DNA from: Callorhinchus milii
Taxonomy: Eukaryota
Length of the DNA stretch: 64,000 nucleotides
NCBI RefSeq assembly: GCF_018977255.1
Contig: NW_024704742.1
Span: 52,206,001-52,270,000 of the forward strand
Direction: 5' to 3'
The notes under the pieces were generated by a model. That model was not told where the DNA came from and made no database searches. It was given only the letters and a program-made list of their open reading frames with translations. The translations under genes were made by a program, and so were the position numbers. Below, in pieces: positions 52,844 to 64,000 of this stretch (within the stretch, counting starts at the first letter, position 1; every line of letters starts with the position of its first letter).

Positions 52844-54617
52844 GTATGTGCGTTTGTGTGTGTGTGTGTAATTGGACAGTTCAAAGGTGTAGATATAGTA
52901 GAGCTCCATTCAAATGCAATAGTTGTGTTTCCAATAAATTCCAACCGGCTTTATAATGGAGCTCAATCTCTGGTTAGTGTTTCTGCAACATGACTTCACA
53001 TGACTGGTGAAATCACTACATGTCCATGCAGAAAAACAGCCAGCGTCCTGTGCTATAAAATACCTGAATTCCAGGACATATCCATTGCTGCCAACATTAC
53101 TGCAGTCCACATCTTAGTAGTGAACCCGTGTCATATTGGGGACCATTATATTGTACCAGCAGTCTGGAACTCCATTGTGGCACCATTAGTAGTAACTGCC
53201 AGTAGATTCATTGTGTTGTTTACCCTGATTATGCTCTGTTGGATATGTTAGTGCAGGACTGGCTCTTCTGCATATCCTGGGTCCAGCACTGTTCTATTGT
53301 ATATGCTGTGTACAGGAACAGTGTCCTGGATACACTATGTGCTGGAGTACATTCCTGGGTATCCTGGGACTCCTAATCAGCCAAATTGGCTTTCTATAGG
53401 TTAATAGAGTTGCACTGGCTACCGTACAATATTTACATACTTTAAATGTTTGTGCACCATATTCCATAAGGCATGAACATTATTGCATGGTGTGTTCTGA
53501 TGCATGTAATTTAGCCAGATGCTGGCCAAAGCAGGCAGAGACCAACATTCTGTCTTGGCTAGCAGCTGTTACACTGTGGATGCTGTGGCAAGTTTCATTC
53601 ATTGCTGAACCTCAGTGAGCTAAAATCTTGCCACAGCGTCCACCATGGTTTATGCACTTTACAGCTCATTGCTGAACTGATCAAACCCAAATACGAGGGG
53701 AAAAAAATGTTTCCCTCCATTCAGTCAGAATATTTATTACTTATTCTACTGGGGGTGTTAATCAATTTCATTGTGTGATCTGAAGTTACTCCCTGCACTA
53801 ATTTTGGTCTCAAACACTGACTCCAATACTCCAGGAAAAGCTTTGAGCAATGTTTCTGTTTTTATTTACATCTTTTGATTTTTTTTGTTTTAACAATGAT
53901 ATGGATTTTGTCATTTTAAGAGAGTAAGTATAGTGCTATGAAATGCAGGAGGCAGTTCAAGAATCCAGTTCCGCAGTTAGAGATTTATCCTTTTTTATTC
54001 CAAGGTTTATTCTTAAATACAGAATCTTCTGATCAGTGTTGAATTCTCCTCTGCTGGTTCACCCAGTACCATATGTGACCCTTCCATGTGGAAGGAGAGA
54101 ACAGTTTGAGCCGGATACCTCTCTCCACGATCTTCTGTGCTTTGTTGCCAATACGAGTGGGCGAGTTGGATGATGTTGTTTTTTCCTTCACCACAAGCTG
54201 GAATACCTCCCTCCAGCAAGCTGCCTGAGAGCAGCTGACACCCATCCAAACCAGAAGTCTTGATGGAGTGACTGGCGGCCTATGATTCTAGCTGTGTGTC
54301 TAACACTCAACTGCTTGGATTAGGTCACCTGTAAAGCAACATTGGGGAGCTAGCTGTATTGATCAAGAATGTATTGATCTGGAGAGAGGTTAGAAATAAT
54401 TTTCTCACTCAGAAGGTTGATACGGTTCAAAATGGAACTGGATAAACACCTGAGAAGTAAAAAAAAGCAGTGATATGAGCAGGCTAGAGAGTGGGATTAA
54501 TAATTGAAAAAGGAGAAAAACAGAAAGAATACATATTCTCAGTTGTTTAGTTTGGAGACTCGCAAGCACGGTAATGGGTTTCCGTGTATGTCAGGAACCC
54601 GGCTGACCTGGCTGTGT

Positions 54618-54928
54618 GAAGTCCTGTAGTTAGAACACTCGCCTCGCAAGTGCGAGACCTGGGTTCGATTCCCAGCAAGACGAAACCGTGGGCAAGTTTT
54701 CTTACTCCACAGGACTGATAATAATCCCTCAAGAAAAAAAACAATAAGAAATTGGTCACTTCAATCCACGATTGCTTATGGGACACTGCTGTGAGCAATT
54801 GGCTGCCGCGTTTCGCCCACAAATGTACAATCAATTCATTTTATAATATATTCTGTGAAATGCTTTGAGACGTCTAGAAGACGTGAAAAGCTTTATATCA
54901 AATGCAAGGATTATTATTTATTATTATT
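54618..54928 (+). mobile_element. tRNA-derived SINE (same family), PDGFRA intron 3
   Basis: B box GGTTCGATTCC, core and tail. Confidence 0.85.
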
Positions 54929-55236
54929 GTAAACAAAACAATGGCATAAATATAATGGCCAAATGACTTCTTCTTGTGCTGAAAATGTCTGTTTCTATTC
55001 TATAAGGTTTTACTTTGCAACATTCAAATGACATATGGTAGCATGACCTTATAAAGGGATATCTCACCGTAATCTTACAAGCATTGAATAACATGCACTC
55101 ACACCCTTCAGGACTTTCAAGCACATGTTGTACTTTGAAACTTATATTTCACTGATTGAAACTTATATTTCACTGATTGAAACATGTAATGGCTGTTTGT
55201 AGCCAATATTAATTATTAAATGTTATCTTTTCCTAG

Positions 55237-55502
55237 ATCCAGAACATCCGTTTGTCCCACAACAATGTTTGAACATGTAGTGATGGCTGCATTTGGTGAC
55301 GTTGTGCTTATTCCATGTCGTGCATCTGATCCAGAGATCCAGGCCACCCTGTTTAACATAGAGAATAACAGCACAGTCTTTGGCATTTACGACCATAAGC
55401 AAGGATTCTCCGGTCATTTCCAAGAGGGAACCTATACCTGCACCACAACAGTTAATGGAGTGAAGTATGAATCACAAGAATATATTCTTCATACATTTAG
55501 AG
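55237..55502 (+). CDS. pdgfra: PDGFRA exon 4 (Ig domain 2), with apparent 1-bp deletion near 55256-55258
   Basis: ttttcctag|AT ... AGAG|gtgcgg. DPEHPFVP is in one frame and TTMFEHVVMAAFGDVVLIPCRASDPE...YDHKQGFSG...GTYTC is in the adjacent frame. The length of 266 nt is not compatible with phase 1-1. Confidence 0.9.
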
Positions 55503-55924
55503 GTGCGGCCCCTCTTTACAGTTCTTTCATTTCATTATATCAATGCTGATTGTCTGCAGCAACATTGTTTGCTGGGATCAAGCTTATCTGAGACTAACAC
55601 AACATAAAGCTGTGGTCAATGTTGAAGTGGCCTATATCCTGTATTGTAGAAGCAAAGTGTTCACGATTAGGCAGTACAGTTCAATAATGGCTTGTGGAAA
55701 CTTATTGATAGCAAATGCTTCTAAGAACAAAGTAGATAGGTATTTTTGTAAACTTGTGCCTTTTTTTTTCTTTCTAAATTTATATTTTGGAGGCTCATCA
55801 AGATACGGAATTAATGCCTAGCAATGGAAGCACAGTATTGAGCACTGCTAGATCAGACACTATATGGTGTCAAAAGTATTTCCAGTATTTAAATAACTCC
55901 CAATTGTCCTTTAAACCTCACATC

Positions 55925-56620
55925 CATGCTGTGACCCCTTAGCTTTTCTCACCTCCATCCACAACATTGCCCACCTCCACCACTATCTCTCCCCTCGGGC
56001 AACTACATATTCATAATGTCCAGGCTTGACTATGCCAACGCTCTACTTGCCGGCGATCCAATTTTTCCCTTCAAAAGCTACAGATTATCCAGAACTCTGC
56101 AGTTCATGTCCCTCACTAGGCTTCACTAGCCTATCACCCTCATCCTCACCTGGACCAATGGCTCCAAATCCCCAGTGGATCCAGTTCAAGATCCTTGTCC
56201 TAACCTTCAAATCTTTCTATGGTCTTGTCCCCCTATCTCTGCGACCTTCTCAAATCCTACAAATCCGGCCACTCCCTTTGCTCTGCAGGTACCAGCGGGC
56301 ACCAGCCTGCTTCGCGTCGCCCATCCTACCCACCTCACCATTGATGGTCAGGCTTTCAGCCTATCTGTTGGAAATCCATCCCAGAGTTCCATTGGCTCAA
56401 CCCTTCTCTTACCTTATTTAAAGTCCATCTGAATATCTTCCTCATTGAACCATGCTTTTGGTAATCTTTCCCTCCCCATCCTCCTCACCTCCCACCCCAC
56501 TTCAGCTCCCACCCCCAGCTCGAGCGTAAACCCTGTACTGTCCTGCGCCTCGGTATGTCTGCCCGACATGAAAGATGCTATATAAATAAATCTCTACAAC
56601 ATAAATAAAATGTTGTTGTT
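55925..56620 (+). mobile_element. L2-clade LINE 3' fragment in PDGFRA intron 4
   Basis: Degenerate SRLDYAN / IQNSA / IQFKILVLTFKS motifs and the family 3' tail. Confidence 0.75.
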
Positions 56621-56772
56621 GATATTAAAAAGAATGTATTTTCCTATTTGAATAAGAAATTGCAATTAATAACCTAAAAGTGTTATTTATGTTTCACTGC
56701 AGAGATGGATTTCAACACAATATCTTTATTAGAAGGATTTCAACACAACATCTCTGTACTTTCTATTTTTAG

Positions 56773-56903
56773 TGGCTGAGACCCTTGAGGTTGAAATAGA
56801 AGCTCCTAAAACAGTAGTGAAAGTGGGTGAACCTATTTCTGTGACCTGCATGGTAATGGATAATGAAGTGGTGGATATAGAATGGAATTATCCAGGAAAA
56901 GAT
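56773..56903 (+). CDS. pdgfra: PDGFRA exon 5
   Basis: tattttttag|TG ... GAT|gtgagt. Encodes VAETLEVEIEAPKTVVKVGEPISVTCMVMDNEVVDIEWNYPGKD; 131 nt, phase 1-0. Confidence 0.93.
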
Positions 56904-57348
56904 GTGAGTAAAATAAATCTTTTCCATTCCTATGTTTGTGACATTTTCATACTGCCTTCCATTCAGAATGAGTATTAGTGAACACCTTAAATTTAGATCC
57001 ATTCCTTTGCTTATTGTTGATCAGTAAATTTTCTCCCAATGTTCACATTTTCTTTCATTAACAAAAATGGGTGGCATCATCCTTGTGTTTTGGATGCCTA
57101 TTGCAATTTTATTTTAGGTTCTGGAGGCAGGATTTGAGTACTACTCCCCAGGATATTGTCGGAATTAAGACAGCGGCTTATTTAGCTTGACCAAACACTG
57201 ATCTCCATAATTGGGACAACTTTAGACATGGAGAAATCCTCAGGCACATCCCTTGTGCTGAAACCACTTGGGAAGATACTCATTCATTCTGAAATACCCC
57301 ACTGGAAGAGATTGTGGTCATTCCAATTGGTTTCTTGTCTCATTACAG

Positions 57349-57523
57349 AAGAGGACTATTGCCATTCAAACACTTCGTGAAACAAGAATACCAAACTTAA
57401 AAATTATGAAGACCCTGCTCATTGAGAATGCCAGTCTGGAAGATTCTGGAGTTTATGAATGTTCTGTGGAACATGCAACCCAATTTACCAATCAATTGAG
57501 GAAAGTTCGCATCTCTGTCAATG
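57349..57523 (+). CDS. pdgfra: PDGFRA exon 6
   Basis: cattacag|AAG ... AATG|gtatgt. Encodes KRTIAIQTLRETRIPNLKIMKTLLIENASLEDSGVYECSVEHAT..., including the Ig DSGxYxC motif; 175 nt, phase 0-1. Confidence 0.92.
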
Positions 57524-57955
57524 GTATGTATTGGTTATATCCCACGTCTGTCATATTCAGATCATTCTGGAGTCCCAAGACTTGGCTCATACCAACCTGC
57601 ATCTTTCCGAGTTTAGATCCTCTGGGAGAGAGAGTGTGAATCCCATTCCAGACCAAGGAACATTTCCATGCTTCTGGAATGGGCTTTGTGGGTGTTTGGC
57701 TTTACAATATTTTCTGTGAAGCGCTTTGAGATATCTCAATCTTTCTGCTGCCCCCCCCCACACTAAAACAGTCATCTTTTAGTTGCTTCTTTTTAATGGG
57801 ATTTCTCAGTACAAATACTAAATGAAAAGACTAATGAGCGGTGAAAGACAGATTTCTCTTGACCGTTTTTCTTTCCCTTTATTATAATGCAAGTATTCTA
57901 AGAAGCCTGTTGCTTTATTGCAATTCAGTTGACATTCTTTCAATTTCGTTCACAG

Positions 57956-58145
57956 ATAAAGGTTTCATCCACTTGAATCCTCACTTCGGAACACAAGAGT
58001 TTGCAAATCTGCATGAAGTTAAGCAGTTTGTGGTGGACATTGAAGCTTACCCAAAACCTACTGTACGGTGGTTAAAAAACAATGTCACACTGCATGAAGA
58101 GAACAATGAGGTGATAACCAACTTGGCGGATGTGCAGGAAACCAA
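57956..58145 (+). CDS. pdgfra: PDGFRA exon 7
   Basis: ttcacag|AT ... ACCAA|gtaaga. Encodes DKGFIHLNPHFGTQEFANLHEVKQFVVDIEAYPKPTVRWLKNNVTL; 190 nt, phase 1-2. Confidence 0.94.
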
Positions 58146-59308
58146 GTAAGACTGCAACCTGTACAGGCTGTAAAACAAATCCACATAATAAAGCATCTTC
58201 GACACGATTGATGAGATAATGCTCAGGTAGAAAGAGTAATGAGAATAACACAGTTATTTATAATAACTTTTGCTTTATTATAATTAGAATTATGTTATCC
58301 TGCAGTATTTAACTTGGTATAATTTTTTTACATATATAAAGTGTGCCGAAGTAAATCCTATCTATCTCTCTACATAAAAGCTTTTCAGCGTGGTGTCACT
58401 GACGGCTCACTTGGGAAAGGCACTTTCCAATGTGGAACTGAACCACACGAATAAGACCCTGAGTTCAATGCTCAGTGTGTGCTGAATGTGTGCTGGATGG
58501 CTGATCTACCTTTCATGTGTGACAAATTAGGAAACTCATCACAATGCTTAATCGTATCCAAAACAGTCTTAGAGTTCCGCACATGCATGCCACCTACACA
58601 TGGCAATGTCCCTGTGTCTGGAATGGAATCTGTTTTCTCCCTGGAGTGATGTGCCCTGCTTACCTATTCCAGAAAGTATTAGTTATAGGATGGCGAGACT
58701 CCGGTGTGTGTATTGGGACCCTGGAGTTTAACCACACCCTTCCCGATGTGAAAGGCACTATATAAATGTACATGTGTAGTTGTCAACTAGCTAACATTGC
58801 ATAGCTTGTCAATGTGTCGTAGCATTGTCTGGCAAACTTTCTGCTTGCTTGGGAAGCAACTCTTGTCCAGCTAGCAGCACTCTACTCTTCAGGGCTTTTG
58901 CTTGCAGGGTTAAATGGAGCCGTGTGGGAAGAATTCCTGCTCCCAGTAGGCTCCTCCAAATGCTGTCAATGAGCTCGGCTGGCTGGTTATTAGCAGTGTG
59001 AATCTGCCTGGATCAGGAACTGGATACTGAGACCGCACAGATCTAATTTGGGTGGTGACAGGATTTTGACATTTGGGCTCAATGGTTTTAGGAAAGTTGC
59101 ATGGGTTCTCAATCCCAATAGGTATCCAGTGAGCTTAGGTTTGAAATGTGGACGTGTGTGGAAGTAACGTAAGGCAAATATTTGGCTTGGCTGTGAAATC
59201 ACTTCCACATTCACAGAACTTGCTGACACTCACTCATACCGAAACAAATTGAAATGTGTGATTGCACTTCTGTTAAATGAGAATCTGTTTACTGTTGATT
59301 TTCTGCAG

Positions 59309-59424
59309 GTATCAAAGCAATCTGACTCTGATCCGTGCAAAAGAACAAGATAGTGGAGCTTACACCATTGTAGTTGACAATATCGATAACATGACCACTT
59401 ATACCTTTGATTTACAGGTTAAAG
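59309..59424 (+). CDS. pdgfra: PDGFRA exon 8
   Basis: ttttctgcag|G ... AAAG|gtgagt. Encodes YQSNLTLIRAKEQDSGAYTIVVDN...; 116 nt, phase 2-1. Confidence 0.94.
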
Positions 59425-60047
59425 GTGAGTCCATGGTTTTTAAAAAAAATGTCTGTGATTTGTATAGGTGATTCCCTGGAGAAGACAGTGTTTGCATCCT
59501 GAAGGCTTTTGTATGCAGCAGTTAGACTGCTAGAATGCTGTTTAGACATCAGTAAGCTCGAAAAGCATTCTCACATTAGCATATGACACCTTGTTGTCAT
59601 TAAGGTTAATTTAAGATAATGCAAAATTATGGAAATTCTTAAATTTGCTCCCTGTTCAGAACCAAGTTTTCTCTAGTTTTTAAAAAAGAACCAACTTCCA
59701 AATTAAGAATGTTTTAAAGAAGTGTCTGCAATTTCCTTTGCGTCAAAATGATCTTTCCAGTGGAATGTCAGGCCCAAAGTCTTAGATGCTGTAAAAAGGA
59801 TGCTGTATTGTTATTCTGGTAGCTGTGACACTCTGGATTATTTTGTCTTTGTATGAGAAGCTTGATCTTCCAGTTTGCTGTAGAGATCAATCACACTGTT
59901 GAACAGAAATGCAAATAACTGGACAATTACTTGTGCCATAAACAACTTTAACAGCACTCACATTGATCGCTCTGCAATCAGCACTTGTTTTTGTCAGGCA
60001 ACTGCAGATCAACTTTCTTGTGATACTCTTCTATTGCCTTCTTTCAG

Positions 60048-60174
60048 TGCCAGCTAAGATCATTGACCTTCGCGATGTCCACCACGGCTCTGCCAATGGC
60101 CAGATAGTTTCCTGCTTTGTTGATGGGACACCAAGTCCAGAGGTCGAATGGCTCATTTGCACGGATTTAAAAAA
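60048..60174 (+). CDS. pdgfra: PDGFRA exon 9
   Basis: ctttcag|TG ... AAAAA|gtgagg. Encodes VPAKIIDLRDVHHGSANGQIVSCFVDGTPSPEVEWLICTDLK; 127 nt, phase 1-2. The D.HHGS..GQ motif is alpha-receptor-like. Confidence 0.94.
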
Positions 60175-60428
60175 GTGAGGACTTAATCATTCAATCATGC
60201 AGCATATTTACGTGAGGAAACTACTTGCTTTGAAATTATATTTCTGATCTTGATATTTACTGCCTCTGATTCAAATAAAATTCTGCAGTTGAATAAAATA
60301 CTTCACTAATATGACCTCCAAATGCCTGGAAAATGTGAATATGTATATTTATATTGTTGAGGTAATAAAGTGCTGCATGAGTATTGAGATGGTAAAGGAG
60401 GCTTAATGTGCTTTGTGCCTTCCCTTAG

Positions 60429-60625
60429 GTGTGCAAATGATAGCATGCTCTGGAACGTGCTGCTCAATAACTCTAGCGACATCAGCATCGAGACATTTGA
60501 GACGAAAGAGCACCATGTGGAGAGCAAGTTGACCTTTCAGAAAATCGATAACACAGTGGCCGTGCGTTGCGTTGCCAAGAATGAGCTTGCAGCCGTCGCG
60601 CGTGAAGTCAAACTGGTCTCTCATA
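60429..60625 (+). CDS. pdgfra: PDGFRA exon 10
   Basis: cccttag|G ... CATA|gtaagt. Encodes CANDSMLWNVLLNNSSDI...VESKLTFQKIDNTVAVRCVAKNELAAVAREVKLVSH; 197 nt, phase 2-1. Confidence 0.93.
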
Positions 60626-60725
60626 GTAAGTGACAATGAGAGGTTGCCACTCCTCTAGCTCTGACTGAAGAGATGTCTGATTAACAGCCCAGGAGGCCTG
60701 AAATCCACCAGGTCGCAGACTGTAA

Positions 60726-60900
60726 GACCATTTTGTCTTAAATTTCTAAATTTGCACAGAATTGTGGAAAATTCTTAAATTCTGTCTTAACTTTTAAACT
60801 TTTTTTAGCAGGTCTTAAAAACAATTAACTTCCACATTTGGACTGAATTTGAGAATGCTTCACAATTGTGAACAATCTTAACTTTTAAGACAAAATAGTC
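60726..60900. repeat. MITE-like imperfect inverted repeat; related arms at ~26730-26790 and ~59605-59730
   Basis: GACCATTTTGTCTTAAA...TTCTTAAATTCTGTC pairs with GACTGAATTTGAGAA...TTTAAGACAAAATAGTC. Confidence 0.6.
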
Positions 60901-61046
60901 CTTTAGGCCAAGAGTAAACTAACTTCCTGTTCGGCCTTGTCTATGGTCACCTTCCCCCTCTCCCTGGCTCGGCTTCAAGCTCCAACGTTGATAAGTGGTC
61001 AGAGATGCTATCTCAGCTGGAGGGCGCTATATAAATACAAGTTGTT

Positions 61047-61232
61047 ATGATAATAATAATCCTTGCATTTTGATATTGAGCTTTTCACGTCTTCTCGACG
61101 TCTCAAAGCGCTTCACAGAATAGACTGTAAAGTGAATTGACTGTATATTTGTGAGCAAAACGTGGCAGCCAATTACACAGCAGTGTCCCACAAACAGTCA
61201 CGGATTGAAAATGACCAGTTTATTATTTTTTG
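61047..61232 (-). mobile_element. 5'-truncated SINE (same family); another + strand copy lies at ~62625-62812
   Basis: Core and tail match the other copies. Confidence 0.8.
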
Positions 61233-63723
61233 GTTGTTGTAAGTAACGTGCCGAGGCAGCAATTGACTGGTGATGTAATAAACCTATGGAATATCCCAAT
61301 GGTTTACCCACAAATACTATTCTGGATTTTATATCAATGATTGGATTTGCTCAGCTTCATTTACTGTTTTTTGAACCAGTATCACCAGTTGGTGTTTCAG
61401 GATGGCCTCTTGACAACTATACAACGAGACACACATCCGGAATCTTACTGTACAAAACACTGCCTGCACATAAGAATTTTAATTGTACCATCTACTGATC
61501 CAGAGGCTTTTGCATAACACTAAACTAACTCATCACAAGTTTATGAAATGGAATCCTTTGTGACCGATATAGACCAGAGCATTTTCCAAAGGTGCTTGAA
61601 CCTGATTTCCAGAATTTTGGGATCCAACAATGTTGCAGAATTCTCTGTCACTTGAAGTTATTATTCTTTCAAAAGAAATGAACATAGTACGAGAATGTAC
61701 CGGGAGTGCCTCAATCGTCTTCTGAATGCAGTCGGATCTAATGCTCTGAAAATGCTAGGGAAGTGCATCTCCGCCAGCGGCTAGGATGGACTGTGTGGCA
61801 AACTATTTCAATACATTTGGATTGGCAGTGTCTATATGTGATGCAAACGACTGACAGATCTGAACCTTCACATAAATTGCTTTTTAGAATGTTCACAGCA
61901 ATTTGATCTGTTTAATCAAATAAATCCTTCCACAGGGATATCTACTTTATCTGAATTGTCTCCTCTGGTTATGGGACGCGTTGTGCCTCAGAGAAAAAAA
62001 TTGTTGTTATTCTAGTCAGTGAAATATTATGAGTGCAAGAACAAAAGGGTAGAGATTCCCTATGCTTTTTAATCTTCACCTGAGTTGATACAAATTGTCC
62101 AGGATGGTTGAAGCTACATTGCTACCTTTGCATCACAAAAGACTTGTATGTTTGTGGAATGGAATGCCTTACGGTTGACGCAGACTGGAGGATTTTCCGA
62201 AGGTGCTTCTACTCAATGTGATTGTAGTCACCCGACATTATTGGTAATCCTACAAATTTGCAGAACTCTTGCTCAGCTGAATTTTTTTTGAGAAATGGTC
62301 AATCACTTCCTCAATACAGTTGGAGCGAATGAATATGATGACCTGAAATTGATTGGATTCTCCTTTGGATCGGACCGAGGTCGCATTTACCTTTTCTGTT
62401 GGATGTTAAAGGTCCCATGGCACTATCCATAATGAGAAGGGAGTTCTCGCCAACAATCCCCAGATAAAGTTGATCATTGGCTTCATGGCTGTGTGTGGTA
62501 CCTTCTTGTGAGCAAATTGGATGCCATGTTTGTTTACAAAATATTACAAAACAAAATAGGGATTAGAATGGATGACTTCTTGGAGGAGTAACAACAACAA
62601 CAACAATTCCGGGGCTAACGATCCCTTAAAATAATAATAATTTGGTCACTGAATCTACGACTGTTTGTGGGACACTGCTGTGCGCAATTGGCTGCCGCGT
62701 TTCGCCCACAAAATATGCAGTCAATTCACTTTGCATTGTATCCTGTGAAACGCTTTGATGTATCCCGAAGACGTGATAAGGCGCTATGTCAAATGCAAGG
62801 AATATTATTATATAACTACAATTTGCATTTATATAGCCCCCTTCACGCCGAATGGTGTCTCAGAGTGTCTTCAAGTAAAAACTGACACAAAAAATGTGCT
62901 GTACTGTTGTACATTTCTATGATTCTATGGTTATTAAATAATTGTAATAATAGTAATCTTTGCATTTGATATAGTGCCTTATCGTGTCTTCTAGACCAAA
63001 TGGCCAAAGTGCTTTAATACAAAGTCTTTACACCAATCGTCCCATGGTGCTAACTTTTACAGTTTTTGTGATGTGCAAATGAATCATCAATTGAACGTCT
63101 TCTCTTTAGAACTTGGAGATGATGCCTTCATTTAAGAAGAATCAAAGTCACTTCACTAACATCAAAAGGATTCTCATAGAATATGATCAGTAGCCAACAA
63201 CAACAATTTGCATATATAACACTTTCACGTTAGGAGGATATCTCACAGCATTTCACAAGCTGACTGGGAGCCAGCATTGATGACTGTGTCATTTGTCCTT
63301 TCACTGACCAAAATGTGCCACTTTTTTTTATTTACATGCAGTCCATGCTGAGTTTTGTTGTCTTCATCGAAAATCTCAGGGTAGATTCCGTTCAGAAAGA
63401 GATGACAGCTGGGCCTGAAGAGTTGATAAATTGTGGCACTGGATGGATCCAATAACAGTTATGGATGCGGTCCATGAGGAACCCCCTTGTTATTATTGAG
63501 CACATTTACTTTGATTTCCCTTGGATGATTGCCATGTCCCAAGGTCCACAGAGCAGCCTTTCACCTTTCAATTCTAAATAAAGCAGACTATCAATGACTA
63601 ACACTGTGATATGCACCAGAGGGAAAATATTCACATTGATTGACTTCTCCTACAGTTACTGCTTCCTTTTAATTATATTTCAAAATCTGCCGTTAGACAC
63701 ATATATGTTGTTGTTGCAAGTGA

Positions 63724-63891
<168 letters not shown>

Positions 63892-64000
63892 TAACATTTC
63901 CAACTGAAAGCAATGGACTATCTGCTTTGCATATCTTTGTCAGAAAATGTCACCAATTTTTAAAATGAGCTCTATGGTTTCATAGAGGTGTGAAGAGATT

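Noticed and set aside
61012..61030. CTCF-like CAGCTGGAGGGCGCTA
   Set aside because: It is part of the L2 3' tail (GGAGGGCGCTATATAAAT), repeated elsewhere in the window, and matches the CTCF core poorly.

Overview
Vertebrate genomic DNA, most likely from a cartilaginous fish. The repeat families and gene content suggest a holocephalan or shark; this is inferred, not proven. The window holds part of a ParaHox/receptor-tyrosine-kinase locus. It contains a complete two-exon Pdx/Xlox-class homeobox gene on + (17046-17367 joined to 20013-20380, 229 aa). Its linkage to PDGFRA identifies it as the rare paralogue Pdx2 rather than Pdx1. Downstream on the same strand lies the 5' half of PDGFRA: promoter and non-coding exon 1 near 38.9-39.1 kb, then coding exons 2-11 from 51982 to 63846 (signal peptide, five Ig domains, transmembrane helix); the gene continues past the window end. 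As written, PDGFRA exon 4 is one base short, giving a frameshift that is probably a sequence error. No intact Cdx gene is visible between Pdx2 and PDGFRA, but a near-consensus CTCF motif lies there. The rest is intergenic or intronic DNA rich in tRNA-derived Deu-type SINEs, L2 and CR1 LINE fragments, fold-back elements (two with degenerate hammerhead-ribozyme cores), MITE-like inverted repeats and a ~630 bp polypurine tract.
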